A model generated the notes under the pieces. It saw nothing but the letters and a program-made list of their open reading frames with translations, made no database searches and had not been told where the DNA came from. From a virus (Duplodnaviria; Caudoviricetes): a stretch of 64,000 nt of DNA. The translations under genes were made by a program, and so were the position numbers. The stretch covers positions 70,928-134,927 of IMG/VR virus record IMGVR_UViG_2757320919_000001; one strand, 5' to 3'. This document shows positions 1 through 10,845 of the stretch, piece by piece; the first letter of the stretch is position 1, and every line of letters starts with the position of its first letter.

Positions 1-79
1 TCAGGTTTTAAAATTGAATATACTTTATCAAAATATATTTCATCATTAATAAGACTTTTTAAAATTAATCCACTAATCA

Positions 80-766
80 TTATAATCCTAACATTAATTT
101 TACTATCTGTTGTTTATTATCAATATCATTTAATATAATACAATTTTCTGTTTTAATAATATCAATTTTTAAATGAGATATTCTATCATAAATTATCTTA
201 AGATCACCTGAAAATATTATTAACTTACCTAAATCGTCATCTAGTATATATATCTTATACTGTGATGTTACCATTTTATACACAAAGGAATTGTAATTAC
301 CTTTCATTATGTAAGTGTCATTTATTATTTTTTCTTTAATAATATTTTGCTGTAAAGAGTATTCCAATGATATAAAATTATTCTTAACAATATTATAAAT
401 GTTATTTTCTTCTGTATTATTTTTAAGCAAATCAACTAATGCTGGCAGTTTATTTTTCTTAAAATATAAATCTAAATAATATCCAAATAAAAAATCCCTT
501 TGATTATTTTTATCCCATTTATAATATGATTTTAATGGGTTTTGTAAATATTTTGGTATGTTTTCAAAATTTATTTCAAGATTTACTATATTCTTTGGTA
601 AATTGATAGAATCAGTATTAAATCCTATTATTTCAAATTTATATGAATCATCTTTAATATATTCATTAAGCTGATTATAACCACATATTTTAACCTCTTG
701 CATATTAAAATCATTTCTATATAAGCTTATTATAACTGGTACTACATTATAATTACATACTATCAT
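80..766 (-). CDS. hypothetical protein (probable start MIVCNY at 766)
   Basis: ORF 80..802; AAAGGA RBS precedes the ATG at 766; promoter-like sequence at ~793-826. Confidence 0.6.
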   Translation of the reverse strand: MIVCNYNVVPVIISLYRNDFNMQEVKICGYNQLNEYIKDDSYKFEIIGFNTDSINLPKNIVNLEINFENIPKYLQNPLKSYYKWDKNNQRDFLFGYYLDLYFKKNKLPALVDLLKNNTEENNIYNIVKNNFISLEYSLQQNIIKEKIINDTYIMKGNYNSFVYKMVTSQYKIYILDDDLGKLIIFSGDLKIIYDRISHLKIDIIKTENCIILNDIDNKQQIVKLMLGL

Positions 767-937
767 AATATTTCCTTTATAATTTCTATGATAGTATATC
801 ATAGAAATTCTTAAGGTTTACTTATATAAATGATGTTCCAAATAGTAGCTCTTATTTCCATCTTTATTTAAAATATCTTTTCACCTTTAGTGTTATCTAT
901 ATTATTTTGGCTCTATCATTAATATAATCCTATGCAT

Positions 938-3900
938 TTAATTTATATTGAACGCATATATATAAGAACTATCGTTTGTTTCAGAGTCATTATTGCTTAT
1001 TTCCAAATCATTATCTATACTGCCTTCTATTTTGTCTCCATTATCATTTACATAATACCATATAGCTTTTACATCAGAAACAGATGTTTGACCATAATAT
1101 CCGTCTCCTACATACAATATTTTATTAGGAATCTTTTTAGATAATAAAGTTATTTTAAGTTGTTTAACACTAGCATCAGACCATAGCGAACATTGATCAG
1201 CATTTCCAAGATATTGTTTGAATATATTAGTAACGCAATGATATGAAGGGTCATTATATATACCAGTAGTATCCACATCAACTTTTATATCTTGACTGCT
1301 AGGAGTTAAAGAACTGACTTCAGAATATCCAGAAAGGTTACCCAACCCATCTAGAGATAGCAATATTTGACCACTATTTAACCCTTTAACTATTTGTTTT
1401 GTAGAAGCATATCCGTTATCAAATCCTATTTTAACACCGCTCATACAACCACCATATTGGCCACTTCTTAATCTTACATTACAAGTAATTTCTATTTTTC
1501 TAAGGTTTGGTTTAATTTCATCTCCTGTTACTATATTTACCCATTTATTAGCACCAGAAGTATTGTCTATACACATATATACAGCTTTATTAGTTGTATC
1601 AGAGTATAGAGAACCTACTTTATTAGGGTTTAATGAAAAATTAGGTTTGCCTGACCCTGTAAGTAATTCTGCATTTTTATTAATTCTATTATTTATGTAA
1701 TTTATAGAATCAAGAACAGATATTAAAAACATACCATCTTTATAATCTATATTAATATTCACAGGACTATTATTTCCAGAGCTGCCTTTAATATTGAAGG
1801 TTTTTACAATAGTATTTTCTATAAACAATTCAATTTTACAGTCTTTAGAATATAAAAAAGGATTTGTAGCACTAGTTCCAAATAATTGAAAAGATATATT
1901 ATCAACTTGTTTGGAGCTATTTATATCAACTTGGTAATAAGGATTTTTTAACCCATCATTACTTAAGAATAAAGAGTATTTTTTATTATATTCTCTAAAA
2001 GGATTTGGTATATCATAAACTCCACTATAATCATAAGCTCCATTAGTTTTAACAGTTACTAAGGCGTTACTTCCACTAGAAAGATCTACACTAGATGAAT
2101 TAAAATCAGAAGGTCTTGTAGATAATAAAGCATCATTATCATTATATACTGTATCATCTCCTATTAAATTTAAACCTATTTTATTATTTTCTCTATCAAT
2201 AACTTCAACCCCATAAGGTTTAAGGTACTCATCATCTCCTTTAAGTTTTATCTTGAAATTACTAACTACTACTGTATCACCAGATGAATAATTAGAGCTA
2301 TCAGTTGTCGCAGATATTTTTACACAAATATTTTTTGTATTTAAAGAACTAACATCATTGTAAGGTACTAATGGAGTATTACTAATATTATATGCTACAT
2401 TGTCTGCAATATTTTTATCTAGGTATTCTTTATGTATTAGTTGTTTGCTGTCTGTAATTTTTTCATTGTTTATATTCATATACACTTTATTATTAAAAGT
2501 AGTTATACCATTTATAGATTGATGTGCTTCAGATGTTAGAACTTTTAATGGTTTCAATGATTTTTCTACTAAATTATATACTGATCCACTTTCAGTCCCA
2601 TCTCTTCCTGTTACATTCATACCTGTAGATACAAGGAAATTAATAACATCGTTTGTATTTTTTCTTAGGTGCATAACTAATGATCCTGCAAAAGTAGGAG
2701 CACCTATTTGTATAGTATCAGCTTTAACAGAACTTCCTATTTTGAGTAATGTTATTTTAAATGGACAATCCATATCTAGGTTTGAACCCATATAATAATC
2801 ATAACATAAATCAGATACAGAACCCCAATATTCTAACATAGCTCCATACCCGTATTTAGCAGAATATTGCTTAGCAGCAGAAAATGATATTTCTAATAAT
2901 ATCTCATTTTCTGCTACTTCATAAGATTCTAATGTTGATACACTATCAGAATAAGTTACATTTGTTTTACTGTTATCAGAAGTTAGAACTGCAATAACTT
3001 TAGTTCCACTAGTTGTATCAAAAGCATTTGAAGATACTTTATAAGCTTTATATGTAATATTTCTTATAGTATCTTTTATATTAACATACCCACAATATCC
3101 TGTTCCATAGCTTGCACTACCACTAAATGAAACATCTATGTAATCTCCATTTTTTAGAGTTACAGGGCTCTCATCAAACATAGATTGCAACATATTATTT
3201 ATTGTTTGTTTAAATTCTTTAAGTCTTACAAGTTGTAATTCCATATCTGCAGGCTTTAAAGAGCATATATTATTTTCTAACACATGTATTGATTTAATTG
3301 CTTGAGATATATTACTATACAGAATATCTCCTGCAATTTTGCTGACAGGAGTATGAATATAAGTCATATCCGCAGATTCGTATGTATTTTCTACAGGATC
3401 TAGTGTATCTGTTTTTACTGTTAATTTTTCAGAACCATTTGTAGTCATAGATATACTTACAATATCTGGAGTATTAATACCAAGTTTATCTATTTTTATA
3501 GATACTTTTCTATTATTTGTTATATCATTTTGACTTCCAGAATAATAATCATATATTAAATCTCCGTCTTTTTTATTAGCGTTTCTAGCAAACATGGCTC
3601 CATAACCATATCCACTAGAATAAACAGATATAGTATCATAAGATAGTATAACTCTAACTTCTCCTTCTTTAAGCTCATATTGTTTAAGCTCATCAACTGT
3701 TTTAGTTATATCAAACTTAACATCTATATTTTTTGTATAATCAGTTCTAGAAAGTATAACAACCATTTCCTTTGAAGGATTTTCTGTAAATGATGTTTTA
3801 TCTGCCATTATAGCTTTATATTCATTGCCTACTATATCTTTTAGGAATACATTTTTTAATTGTTGTGCAGAGTACACTACTGGATTTGCATATCCAAAAG

Positions 3901-5033
3901 TTATTTCTGTAACAGAATTTTGTGTAAGTGCTGTATGATCAGGAAGCTTTATACCTCCAGGATTATCTAAAATGTATCCCAAATTAACTGCATGATTTCT
4001 TTCAGAAGGAACAGATTCTAGTAAAATATGATCTACATAAGTTTGATCACCTGTAAATGTATTTGATTTATTGGTTTTAGCTGTTGTTTTAAACTTATCA
4101 TCTACACTATTTATAGCATTAACTAAATTATCTTTAGAAACTTCATTATTTAGTGAATTTAAATCACCAATAACAGATTCAACTTTGTCATTTATTTGTT
4201 TTGTTGTCCAGCTCAAAATAGCCACATCATCAGAATCAACAGGTGTTAATGCTTTTAATTTTCCTGTGAATTTTTTAATACCATTTATTGCTACTTGGTC
4301 TGAAGTTATATCAACAAATTTACTAGCATCAAAAGATTTACCTAAATCATACCAAGTTTTACCATTCCATATATACATATATCCAGTATCTTCAGCATAC
4401 CATACATCACCTATCTTTTTATTAACAATGGCTTCTATTTCTGTATATGTAGGTTTTGATCCTTTATATGAAAATACATTAGATAGTAGATCTTTAACTT
4501 CTTTTATGTTATTGTCAAACTGTTTCTTTCTAATAACATGATTATCTAGTGTTGCATCTACTTCTACTGAAGGTGCTTCTGTAAAAGTATTAGCTTTTGT
4601 AAAAATATTAACTGCATCTTTCTTTGCATAATCAGTTAAATTAATTTCAGGTGGTACTATTTCGTCTATTTTATCATCTATCTCTTGTTTAGTATATGTT
4701 TCTTCTTTTGTAGCAAATTTATCCAAATTTAAATCTGTTATATCAGCTACAACATGTGTATGAATTTTATCTGCTTTCTTATCTAATAAACTATTTGTTT
4801 CTGGTTTTGTATAATAGTTAGATAAATCAGGACCATCTGGATCAATTGGGGGTTCAGGCTTAAATACAATATCATCCCCACCAAAAAAATCAGGATGCAT
4901 CATAGCTATTTCAGCAGGATAATTGACTCCTGGTATTAATAAAATAGGATATAAGATCAGTACTAATCCATCTAGGTTCTTTTAATAAACATACAAAAAA
5001 ATCTTGTGTAGGTTCTCTTTTTGGTTCTATCAT
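938..5033 (-). CDS. large FlaGrab/Gp047-like glycan-binding protein; 5' end out of frame (true start likely 5033)
   Basis: 1321-aa ORF with tail-fibre-like N-terminal repeats (YYTKPET, HTHVVADITDL, YKGSKPTY..GDVWY). RBS + ATG at 5033 and TATAAATA at 5064-5071 lie one frame off. Identity to Gp047 is recalled, not searched. Confidence 0.6.
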
Positions 5034-5063
5034 AACACAGTCCTATAATATCTAATTTATAGA

Positions 5064-5071
5064 TATTTATA
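5064..5071 (-). promoter_or_regulatory. T4-type late promoter TATAAATA
   Basis: exact TATAAATA on minus strand ~30 nt upstream of RBS/ATG 5033. Confidence 0.7.
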
Positions 5072-5084
5072 AGACTGCTAATAA

Positions 5085-6110
5085 TTACATCCAATCATCA
5101 AATAAAGAAATACCCATGTTACTGTTAAATGAAGCTATACTATCACTGTGTTTTTTACAATTATATTTTAAGAAAAATTTAAGAAGATTATTAAGATCTA
5201 TTGTTGGTTTTTCCAAATTATACTGTTCTATAATGCTTTCTTTAATATTATCAGGTATTTCTCTAAAATCAATTAATGTTTTATTTCTGATAAAATTATC
5301 ATAAACAAGTTTATTTTTTTCTAAATTTTCATTTAAGTTTTCTGAGAATTTCTTAGCCCCTACTTCACCAAAATAAGCTGGTTTAAAAGGTGATTTTTCA
5401 GACTGCTTAGAATATAAATCATATAATGTTTTTGATATTTCTAATTTATTGAAATTATTTACATCTGTTTCAAAAATACCATTAGTTTCAAGAAACTTTA
5501 TAAAGTCAGGTGTGAAAGTTGTGCCTTCCATTATTGATGGAATATTATCTGCTTTGTCACCAAGTAAAATATGCATAGTTAATGTTTTTGTTATTTCTGA
5601 TTCTTCTATATTTCTAAAGAACTCTTTCTTAATAGGTTTAAACAAAGTTATATGTTTGTTTATTAGCAACTGCATAAAATCTTTATCTTCAGAAACAACT
5701 AATACAGGTTTAGCAGTATGATTTGCTAATACAGCAATAATGTCATCACCTTCAGCACCTTTTACTCTTAAAACTTTATATGGTAGTGATTTTTTGATAA
5801 CATCAATAATTTCATTAACAGCTGGAAACACTTCGTTTTCCCAATCAAAAACATCCGATAACTTTCTGTTTGTTTTATATTCAGGATAATATGACTTTCT
5901 CCATGAATTAGATCCTTCCAAAGCAAGGATAATTTCATTCCCATAATCTCTTGCATATTCTGTTTGAATTAATTTTAGATAATTAAATATTAAATGAACA
6001 AACATACCATGGTATTTTTCAAAACTAAGTTTCTGTTTGCTATACATATCTTTTCCAACAGCTACATATAAACTTTTAAAAGCTAAATGCATAAAATCAA
6101 TTAAAACCAT
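5085..6110 (-). CDS. rnh: RNase H / 5'-3' flap exonuclease (T4 Rnh family)
   Basis: VLID, SWRKSYYPEYKTNR, EGDDIIA, SEDKDFMQL, GDKADNIP motifs. Confidence 0.9.
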   Translation of the reverse strand: MVLIDFMHLAFKSLYVAVGKDMYSKQKLSFEKYHGMFVHLIFNYLKLIQTEYARDYGNEIILALEGSNSWRKSYYPEYKTNRKLSDVFDWENEVFPAVNEIIDVIKKSLPYKVLRVKGAEGDDIIAVLANHTAKPVLVVSEDKDFMQLLINKHITLFKPIKKEFFRNIEESEITKTLTMHILLGDKADNIPSIMEGTTFTPDFIKFLETNGIFETDVNNFNKLEISKTLYDLYSKQSEKSPFKPAYFGEVGAKKFSENLNENLEKNKLVYDNFIRNKTLIDFREIPDNIKESIIEQYNLEKPTIDLNNLLKFFLKYNCKKHSDSIASFNSNMGISLFDDWM

Positions 6111-6228
6111 TTATAGCCCCTTTCTTATGTTTTTCTTTTCGTGTATATTTTGTTTTATTTTTAATAAATCTTGTCTGCAGATTTATCTCTCTCTTAAACG
6201 ACTTTATAATGGATCCATCTCGTTTCAT
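6097..6228 (-). CDS. 43-aa basic protein, ArfA-like motif (not in ORF track)
   Basis: MKRDGSIIKSFKREINLQTRFIKNKTKYTRKEKHKKGAINGFN; ATGA overlap with upstream stop; fills gap before rnh. Confidence 0.6.
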   Translation of the reverse strand: MKRDGSIIKSFKREINLQTRFIKNKTKYTRKEKHKKGAINGFN

Positions 6229-6611
6229 TTTATCCTACCTCCTTTAAACATATTTAAAACTTCTTCTTGTTTTTCTTTAGGTAGAATACTACAATACTGT
6301 TTAGCTACATCAAAAGATACATTATAATATTTACTAACAGCTTCTTCATATTCATTTAATTTATCTTCTTTTGGAGGTCTCCCCATATAAGTTACTTTAT
6401 TCATTATTGAGCGTGCAAACCAATACTGAACATTTATAGGTATATCGGTATGATTGTTAATAAAATTAGCAAACTCAACAGAATGAATATCATTACTCAT
6501 CCATCTACATAACATAAACGAATTTAATAAATTCATTTCATTTTTATTAGGTATAAAGTCTTTTTTATACGCAGAAACCATAACTTCATATTGTGAATGT
6601 GTTATATTCAT
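6225..6611 (-). CDS. clamp loader small subunit (gp62-like)
   Basis: FMLCRWMS..EFANFIN..QYWF..SKYYNVSFDVAKQY pattern; size; next to gp32. Confidence 0.7.
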   Translation of the reverse strand: MNITHSQYEVMVSAYKKDFIPNKNEMNLLNSFMLCRWMSNDIHSVEFANFINNHTDIPINVQYWFARSIMNKVTYMGRPPKEDKLNEYEEAVSKYYNVSFDVAKQYCSILPKEKQEEVLNMFKGGRIK

Positions 6612-6623
6612 TTATTTTTCCTT

Positions 6624-6656
6624 AAATGCTACAATTGTTTTATAATTGTAGCATTT
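6624..6656. terminator. hairpin after gp32
   Basis: 13-bp inverted repeat AAATGCTACAATT/AATTGTAGCATTT. Confidence 0.55.
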
Positions 6657-6662
6657 TAAACC

Positions 6663-7580
6663 TTAAAGATTATTTAACCAATCATCATCCTGACTGTTTT
6701 CTTGCTTAGGTTTTTGTTGTTGAACCACTTGTTGTTGAGGTTGTGGTTTTGATTCTTGTGTTTCAAATGGTGGATTATCATTTGTTTTTCCAACCACTGA
6801 TGGAACACTTGAAGTTTTAGTACCAAAAGGATTTTTAAACCTTTCTAGTTTTTCTTTTAATTCTTCATAAGAAGGAAAATACTCAGGCTTTGTAAACTCA
6901 CTTAAATCATAAGTTTTGTTAAGAATTATGTCTATAATATCTTCGTTTTTTTCTAACCCGCCTAACTTTGAAGGTGATGGTGCTAAACTTGTGTTATCAT
7001 AGTTAAAGAAACCTGATTGTGGATCTTTTTTAATAGTTAGCTCTATATTATAACCATTTATAGGGTTATATAGTTCTTTTTCTGTATGTCCTAGAGACCT
7101 TTGTGTTTCATCTGGATTAATCCAAGCTAGGAACTTTTCTTTTAACTTACTTCCAAATTCAAATAGAAACACTTTACCTTCATTTTCAGGATTAGCTGGA
7201 TCTTTTACAACTAAAATGTTAGTATAGTATTTTACCTTTCTACCATATAGTGATCTTGCCAATTTCTCATCACCACTATTTAATACTTCAAAATATTCTT
7301 CTTGAATAGGACAAGGTAATCCAATTGTACTTGGACTATTTGCTATTAACCAGCGATCTTTGCCACCTACATTCTTTTTAGAGTTATAGTGATACACACA
7401 AACAAAAGGTACTTTATTGCGATCTGTTATTAACCTGATCATAGCAGCACCATTGCCCTCTTTGTTTTTGGACAACTTCCAAAATCTGTTATCAACATAA
7501 CTTTTTTGACCAATATTTTGTGGCATTTTTTGCATTAAATCTGCACCTGAAAATCCTGTTAAAATGTCAAATTCATTCAT
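6663..7580 (-). CDS. gp32: single-stranded DNA-binding protein gp32
   Basis: DNRFWKL..GNGAAMIR, YYTNILVVKDPANPENEGKVFLFEFG, acidic C-terminal tail. Confidence 0.95.
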   Translation of the reverse strand: MNEFDILTGFSGADLMQKMPQNIGQKSYVDNRFWKLSKNKEGNGAAMIRLITDRNKVPFVCVYHYNSKKNVGGKDRWLIANSPSTIGLPCPIQEEYFEVLNSGDEKLARSLYGRKVKYYTNILVVKDPANPENEGKVFLFEFGSKLKEKFLAWINPDETQRSLGHTEKELYNPINGYNIELTIKKDPQSGFFNYDNTSLAPSPSKLGGLEKNEDIIDIILNKTYDLSEFTKPEYFPSYEELKEKLERFKNPFGTKTSSVPSVVGKTNDNPPFETQESKPQPQQQVVQQQKPKQENSQDDDWLNNL

Positions 7581-7667
7581 AATAAATTTCCTTTAAAAAT
7601 AGCTGAAAATAAGATTAATAAATTAATCAACAATAGCCAAATATCCCATATCTTTTAGATATACGAA

Positions 7668-7700
7668 ATTATATAATATTTATCCTTAAAATCAACTTAA
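7668..7700 (-). promoter_or_regulatory. host-sigma70-type promoter TTAAG-N6-TTAAG-N11-TATAAT (gp32)
   Basis: TTAAGttgattTTAAGgataaatattaTATAAT; same architecture recurs >12 times upstream of genes. Confidence 0.75.
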
Positions 7701-9317
7701 TTTAATCCAAACACCCTGACCACAATCCCACACTCTATAAAATCCATTCAATTTCATATTTTCTGATTCAGTCAAGTTTGGATCAAACTTCTCTAGTTTG
7801 TCTTTGAGTTTATGCTTCATAAATTGTTGCCTTGAATATGTCTTATTATTTTTAAAATAATAGTAACCAGGACTAGAATAGTGACTAAATGTAAATCCAA
7901 GCTTCAAATATATACTTCCATCAGAATAAAGTCTATCTGAGTAGCTTATTAGGCTTCCTTTGTTATGTTTATGAAAATAGCTAAGTAATTTGGAAGCACC
8001 ACCTATAACATTTGTGTTCTTCTTAGTACATAATCTAATTAACTCCCAATCATATTTGTCTGTAAACCTAGGTTTTCCAAAACTCATAAGACAAACTAGC
8101 TCATCTTGGTAACAGAGTCCATAACATACAGTTGATCCGGTAAATCCTTGGAGATGATTACTTTCTAAAAACTCTTTCTCTTCTTTTTTAGATACCTCTC
8201 TCAAAATGCATTTTCTAGCCATTATTTTCTTATACTTTCCTAGTTTATTGTTTATAATTGACTTCCATATTTCTTTTTTCTCTATCCAAGATGATTCAAA
8301 AATATGGAGTAATTGTATCCCTTTTTCCTTACATCTCTCTGTTTTATCTAAATGATAGTTCTTATCTTTTCCATTACTCTCAGAATGCCAGTAGTCTCCA
8401 TTACATTCAATAGCTAAGTTATGATCTGGTAAGTAGAAGTCTAGTTCTTTATCACCTAGAATCGAGTAGTCATTTTCTATATAATCATCTAGTAAGTTAG
8501 ATAATTCTTTTTCAAATGAACTAGTAGAAGGGTTGCATATAGGGCATAAAGTTATACCTTTTACAAAATTGCCAAATGTTCTCTTAAAAACATGACCTTT
8601 TGGACACATTAGTTCAAGATTATCTACTAAATCTTCTGAAACAACTTTATAACCAAAATTATTTAAATACTCTATTTTGTTGTTTATGTTACACTCAGGA
8701 CAAGTTGATATACCTTGTTTAAATACTCTAAATGCTCGTTTAAAAACATGCCCATTTTTACATTTTACTTCTAAATTATTTCCTAAATTGTTTGAGATGA
8801 CTTCATATCCTAAATTGTTTAAGTACTCTAGTTTCTCTTGCTTCTCACATATAGTACAAATAATAACACCACTTTCGAATACTTTATATGGTCTTTTAAA
8901 AATATGACCATTTTGGCATTCTACTGTTAAATCATTATTTAACTCTTTAGAAACAACTTTATAGCCAAGACTGTTTATAAAAAGTAGTTTTCTTTGTCTT
9001 TCACATTCATTACAAGTTAATTGACCTTTTTTAAAATTGTTTAAAGTTCGTTTAAAAGCATGCCCATTTTTGCATTTCACAGTCAAATCATTTGATAAGT
9101 TTTCTGAAATAACCTCATAACCTAATTTATTTAAATACTTAATATTTTCCTGCCGTTCACACTCAGGGCAAGCTGTTGAACCACTTTTAAACCTGCTAAA
9201 GGATCTTTTAAAAACATGCCCATTTTTACATTGTACTTCTAAGTCATGACCTAAACTATCCGATATAGTTTCATACCCAAGATTATTTAAAAATTCTATT
9301 TTATTATTAACTGTCAT
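7692..9317 (-). CDS. Hef-like endonuclease, 5 zinc-ribbon repeats + Vsr-like nuclease + GNAT-like domain
   Basis: CKNGH..CxxC repeats; ELDFYLP..AIECNGDYWH; WELIRLC..GGASKLL..ISYSDRLYSDG; WDCGQ. Confidence 0.85.
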   Translation of the reverse strand: MTVNNKIEFLNNLGYETISDSLGHDLEVQCKNGHVFKRSFSRFKSGSTACPECERQENIKYLNKLGYEVISENLSNDLTVKCKNGHAFKRTLNNFKKGQLTCNECERQRKLLFINSLGYKVVSKELNNDLTVECQNGHIFKRPYKVFESGVIICTICEKQEKLEYLNNLGYEVISNNLGNNLEVKCKNGHVFKRAFRVFKQGISTCPECNINNKIEYLNNFGYKVVSEDLVDNLELMCPKGHVFKRTFGNFVKGITLCPICNPSTSSFEKELSNLLDDYIENDYSILGDKELDFYLPDHNLAIECNGDYWHSESNGKDKNYHLDKTERCKEKGIQLLHIFESSWIEKKEIWKSIINNKLGKYKKIMARKCILREVSKKEEKEFLESNHLQGFTGSTVCYGLCYQDELVCLMSFGKPRFTDKYDWELIRLCTKKNTNVIGGASKLLSYFHKHNKGSLISYSDRLYSDGSIYLKLGFTFSHYSSPGYYYFKNNKTYSRQQFMKHKLKDKLEKFDPNLTESENMKLNGFYRVWDCGQGVWIKLS

Positions 9318-9323
9318 AATAAT

Positions 9324-9356
9324 ATTATATAATAATTATACTTAAAATCAACTTAA
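9324..9356 (-). promoter_or_regulatory. TTAAG-N6-TTAAG-N11-TATAAT promoter; ATG 6 nt downstream (leaderless)
   Basis: TATAAT attatt ATG with no Shine-Dalgarno. Confidence 0.65.
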
Positions 9357-10090
9357 AATATTTTTCGATTTTTACGAATATTCTTAGATTTTGATTTTTT
9401 ATAGTTTTGAATTGCTTTTGCATATAATTTATCAGCAGAATATCCACCACTAAATGATTCAGCTCTTAATCTAGAAGCCACCAACCATAAGTCTTGTGGA
9501 ATTATAATACCTCTTCTTGATATTCTTTTTTTAATATATAGTCTTATAACTGGTCCTAAATGCAGTGCAGATAAAAGTGGTTTAACCATTTTATATGTTA
9601 TTTTTAATTGTTTATTTTTTTGAATTGCAGCTTTATTCATTTTAAACAATATTTTTATTAAAGCTATACGAAGTGGTACTGGAGTCCAATGTAAGTTTAA
9701 ACCTAAAACATAACTTCTTGATGTGCTTAATACTAAAATTAAAGGAGTCTTATCATATACTTCATCTTTAAATTTTGCATCATATTGCATAAAAATCATA
9801 TTACTAAATCTAAAATCTTCTGCTTTAAAATTGCGAGTACCTTTTTTCATTAGTTGCTTAACTATATTAAGAGCAGCTTTTTCCTGCTCTTTTGTAGTTT
9901 TTTCTTTTAAAGCGTCATCAACTGTATCTTTTATTAGTTTTTTGCCAGTGTTTATATTCTTTGCTTCTTCACTTATAGATTGTGTTTCTTTTGTTTTTTT
10001 CTGATAAGATGACACAAAACCAGGTTTTGTGCTATCTACTATATTAGATTGATCAGAACCTGGCTTACTACTGGAAAAATAATTTGGCAT
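9353..10090 (-). CDS. DNA end protector protein (gp2-like)
   Basis: FMQYDAKFKD..YDKTPL..GLNLHW..R motifs. Confidence 0.8.
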   Translation of the reverse strand: MPNYFSSSKPGSDQSNIVDSTKPGFVSSYQKKTKETQSISEEAKNINTGKKLIKDTVDDALKEKTTKEQEKAALNIVKQLMKKGTRNFKAEDFRFSNMIFMQYDAKFKDEVYDKTPLILVLSTSRSYVLGLNLHWTPVPLRIALIKILFKMNKAAIQKNKQLKITYKMVKPLLSALHLGPVIRLYIKKRISRRGIIIPQDLWLVASRLRAESFSGGYSADKLYAKAIQNYKKSKSKNIRKNRKIF

Positions 10091-10092
10091 GC

Positions 10093-10809
10093 TTATCCTA
10101 TTCTGTTATATAACTCTTCCATTGTTATATCTTCAATAACACCTGTTTTTTTATTTCTAACTGTAATTTTTGTGTCACCAGCTACACATTCATCAATAAA
10201 AATTAAATTAATACTAAGACCCCTAAAAGCATCTGGTGTAGTTGCACTAATATATGCTTTACATCCTATTTCATTAACAAATGACTCTTTATTATAAACT
10301 TTTACGGATGGCTTTAACCATATCGGTAGATCAGCATACATGTCCATTAATCTTTGTAAGTTCTCAGCAGCCATAGTAAATTTATTAGCACAAATACCAA
10401 CAATGGTATCAGGGCAAAAACATAATTTCCATAATATATATAATAAAGTTGTAACAGATTTACCACTTTGTCTTCCTGCTAATACAACATTGAATCTATT
10501 TTCATAATATTGTTGTATTAATTCTTTTTGATAATCTCTTAAGTCAGGATAAACTAAACCTTCATCAAGACTTCTTATTTTAACATAATTTTCCACAAAA
10601 TAGATAATATCTACACTACATTTTTGAATCTCTATTATATGTTCTTCTTTTAAAGGTAATTTAGTATTAATATATGAAAGTTGAGGATTATTACCATAGC
10701 TAACTTTTTGATTACTAATATCTAAAAAATATCCGTTTTCATCCTGTGGCAACAGTTTATTTAAATAGCTTATTCTATCATCTTTTAACTGCTGAATATC
10801 TTCAAACAT
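10093..10809 (-). CDS. gp17: terminase large subunit N-terminal half + N-intein fragment
   Basis: LRDYQ, AGRQSGKS Walker A, FRG..LIFIDE then CVAGDTKITV intein block A; own TATAAATA at 10835-10842. Confidence 0.9.
   Translation of the reverse strand: MFEDIQQLKDDRISYLNKLLPQDENGYFLDISNQKVSYGNNPQLSYINTKLPLKEEHIIEIQKCSVDIIYFVENYVKIRSLDEGLVYPDLRDYQKELIQQYYENRFNVVLAGRQSGKSVTTLLYILWKLCFCPDTIVGICANKFTMAAENLQRLMDMYADLPIWLKPSVKVYNKESFVNEIGCKAYISATTPDAFRGLSINLIFIDECVAGDTKITVRNKKTGVIEDITMEELYNRIG
10096..10188 (-). other. split intein N-fragment (31 aa)
   Basis: CVAGDTKITVRNKKTGVIEDITMEELYNRIG* directly after Walker B DE. Confidence 0.85.
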
Positions 10810-10845
10810 AAAATATAATCCTTATATTTTATGGTATTTATAAAG

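Larger units (their letters stand above)
7685..9356 (-). mobile_element. Hef-like element flanked by 16-bp direct repeats CTTAAAATCAACTTAA
   Basis: identical 16-mer at 7685-7700 and 9341-9356 bracketing the gene. Confidence 0.65.

Noticed and set aside
822-919. AGGA + ATG ATA GAG CCA AAA TAA (MIEPK*), echoing the start of the large gene at 5033
   Set aside because: Only 5 codons; may be a remnant or chance and cannot be supported as a gene
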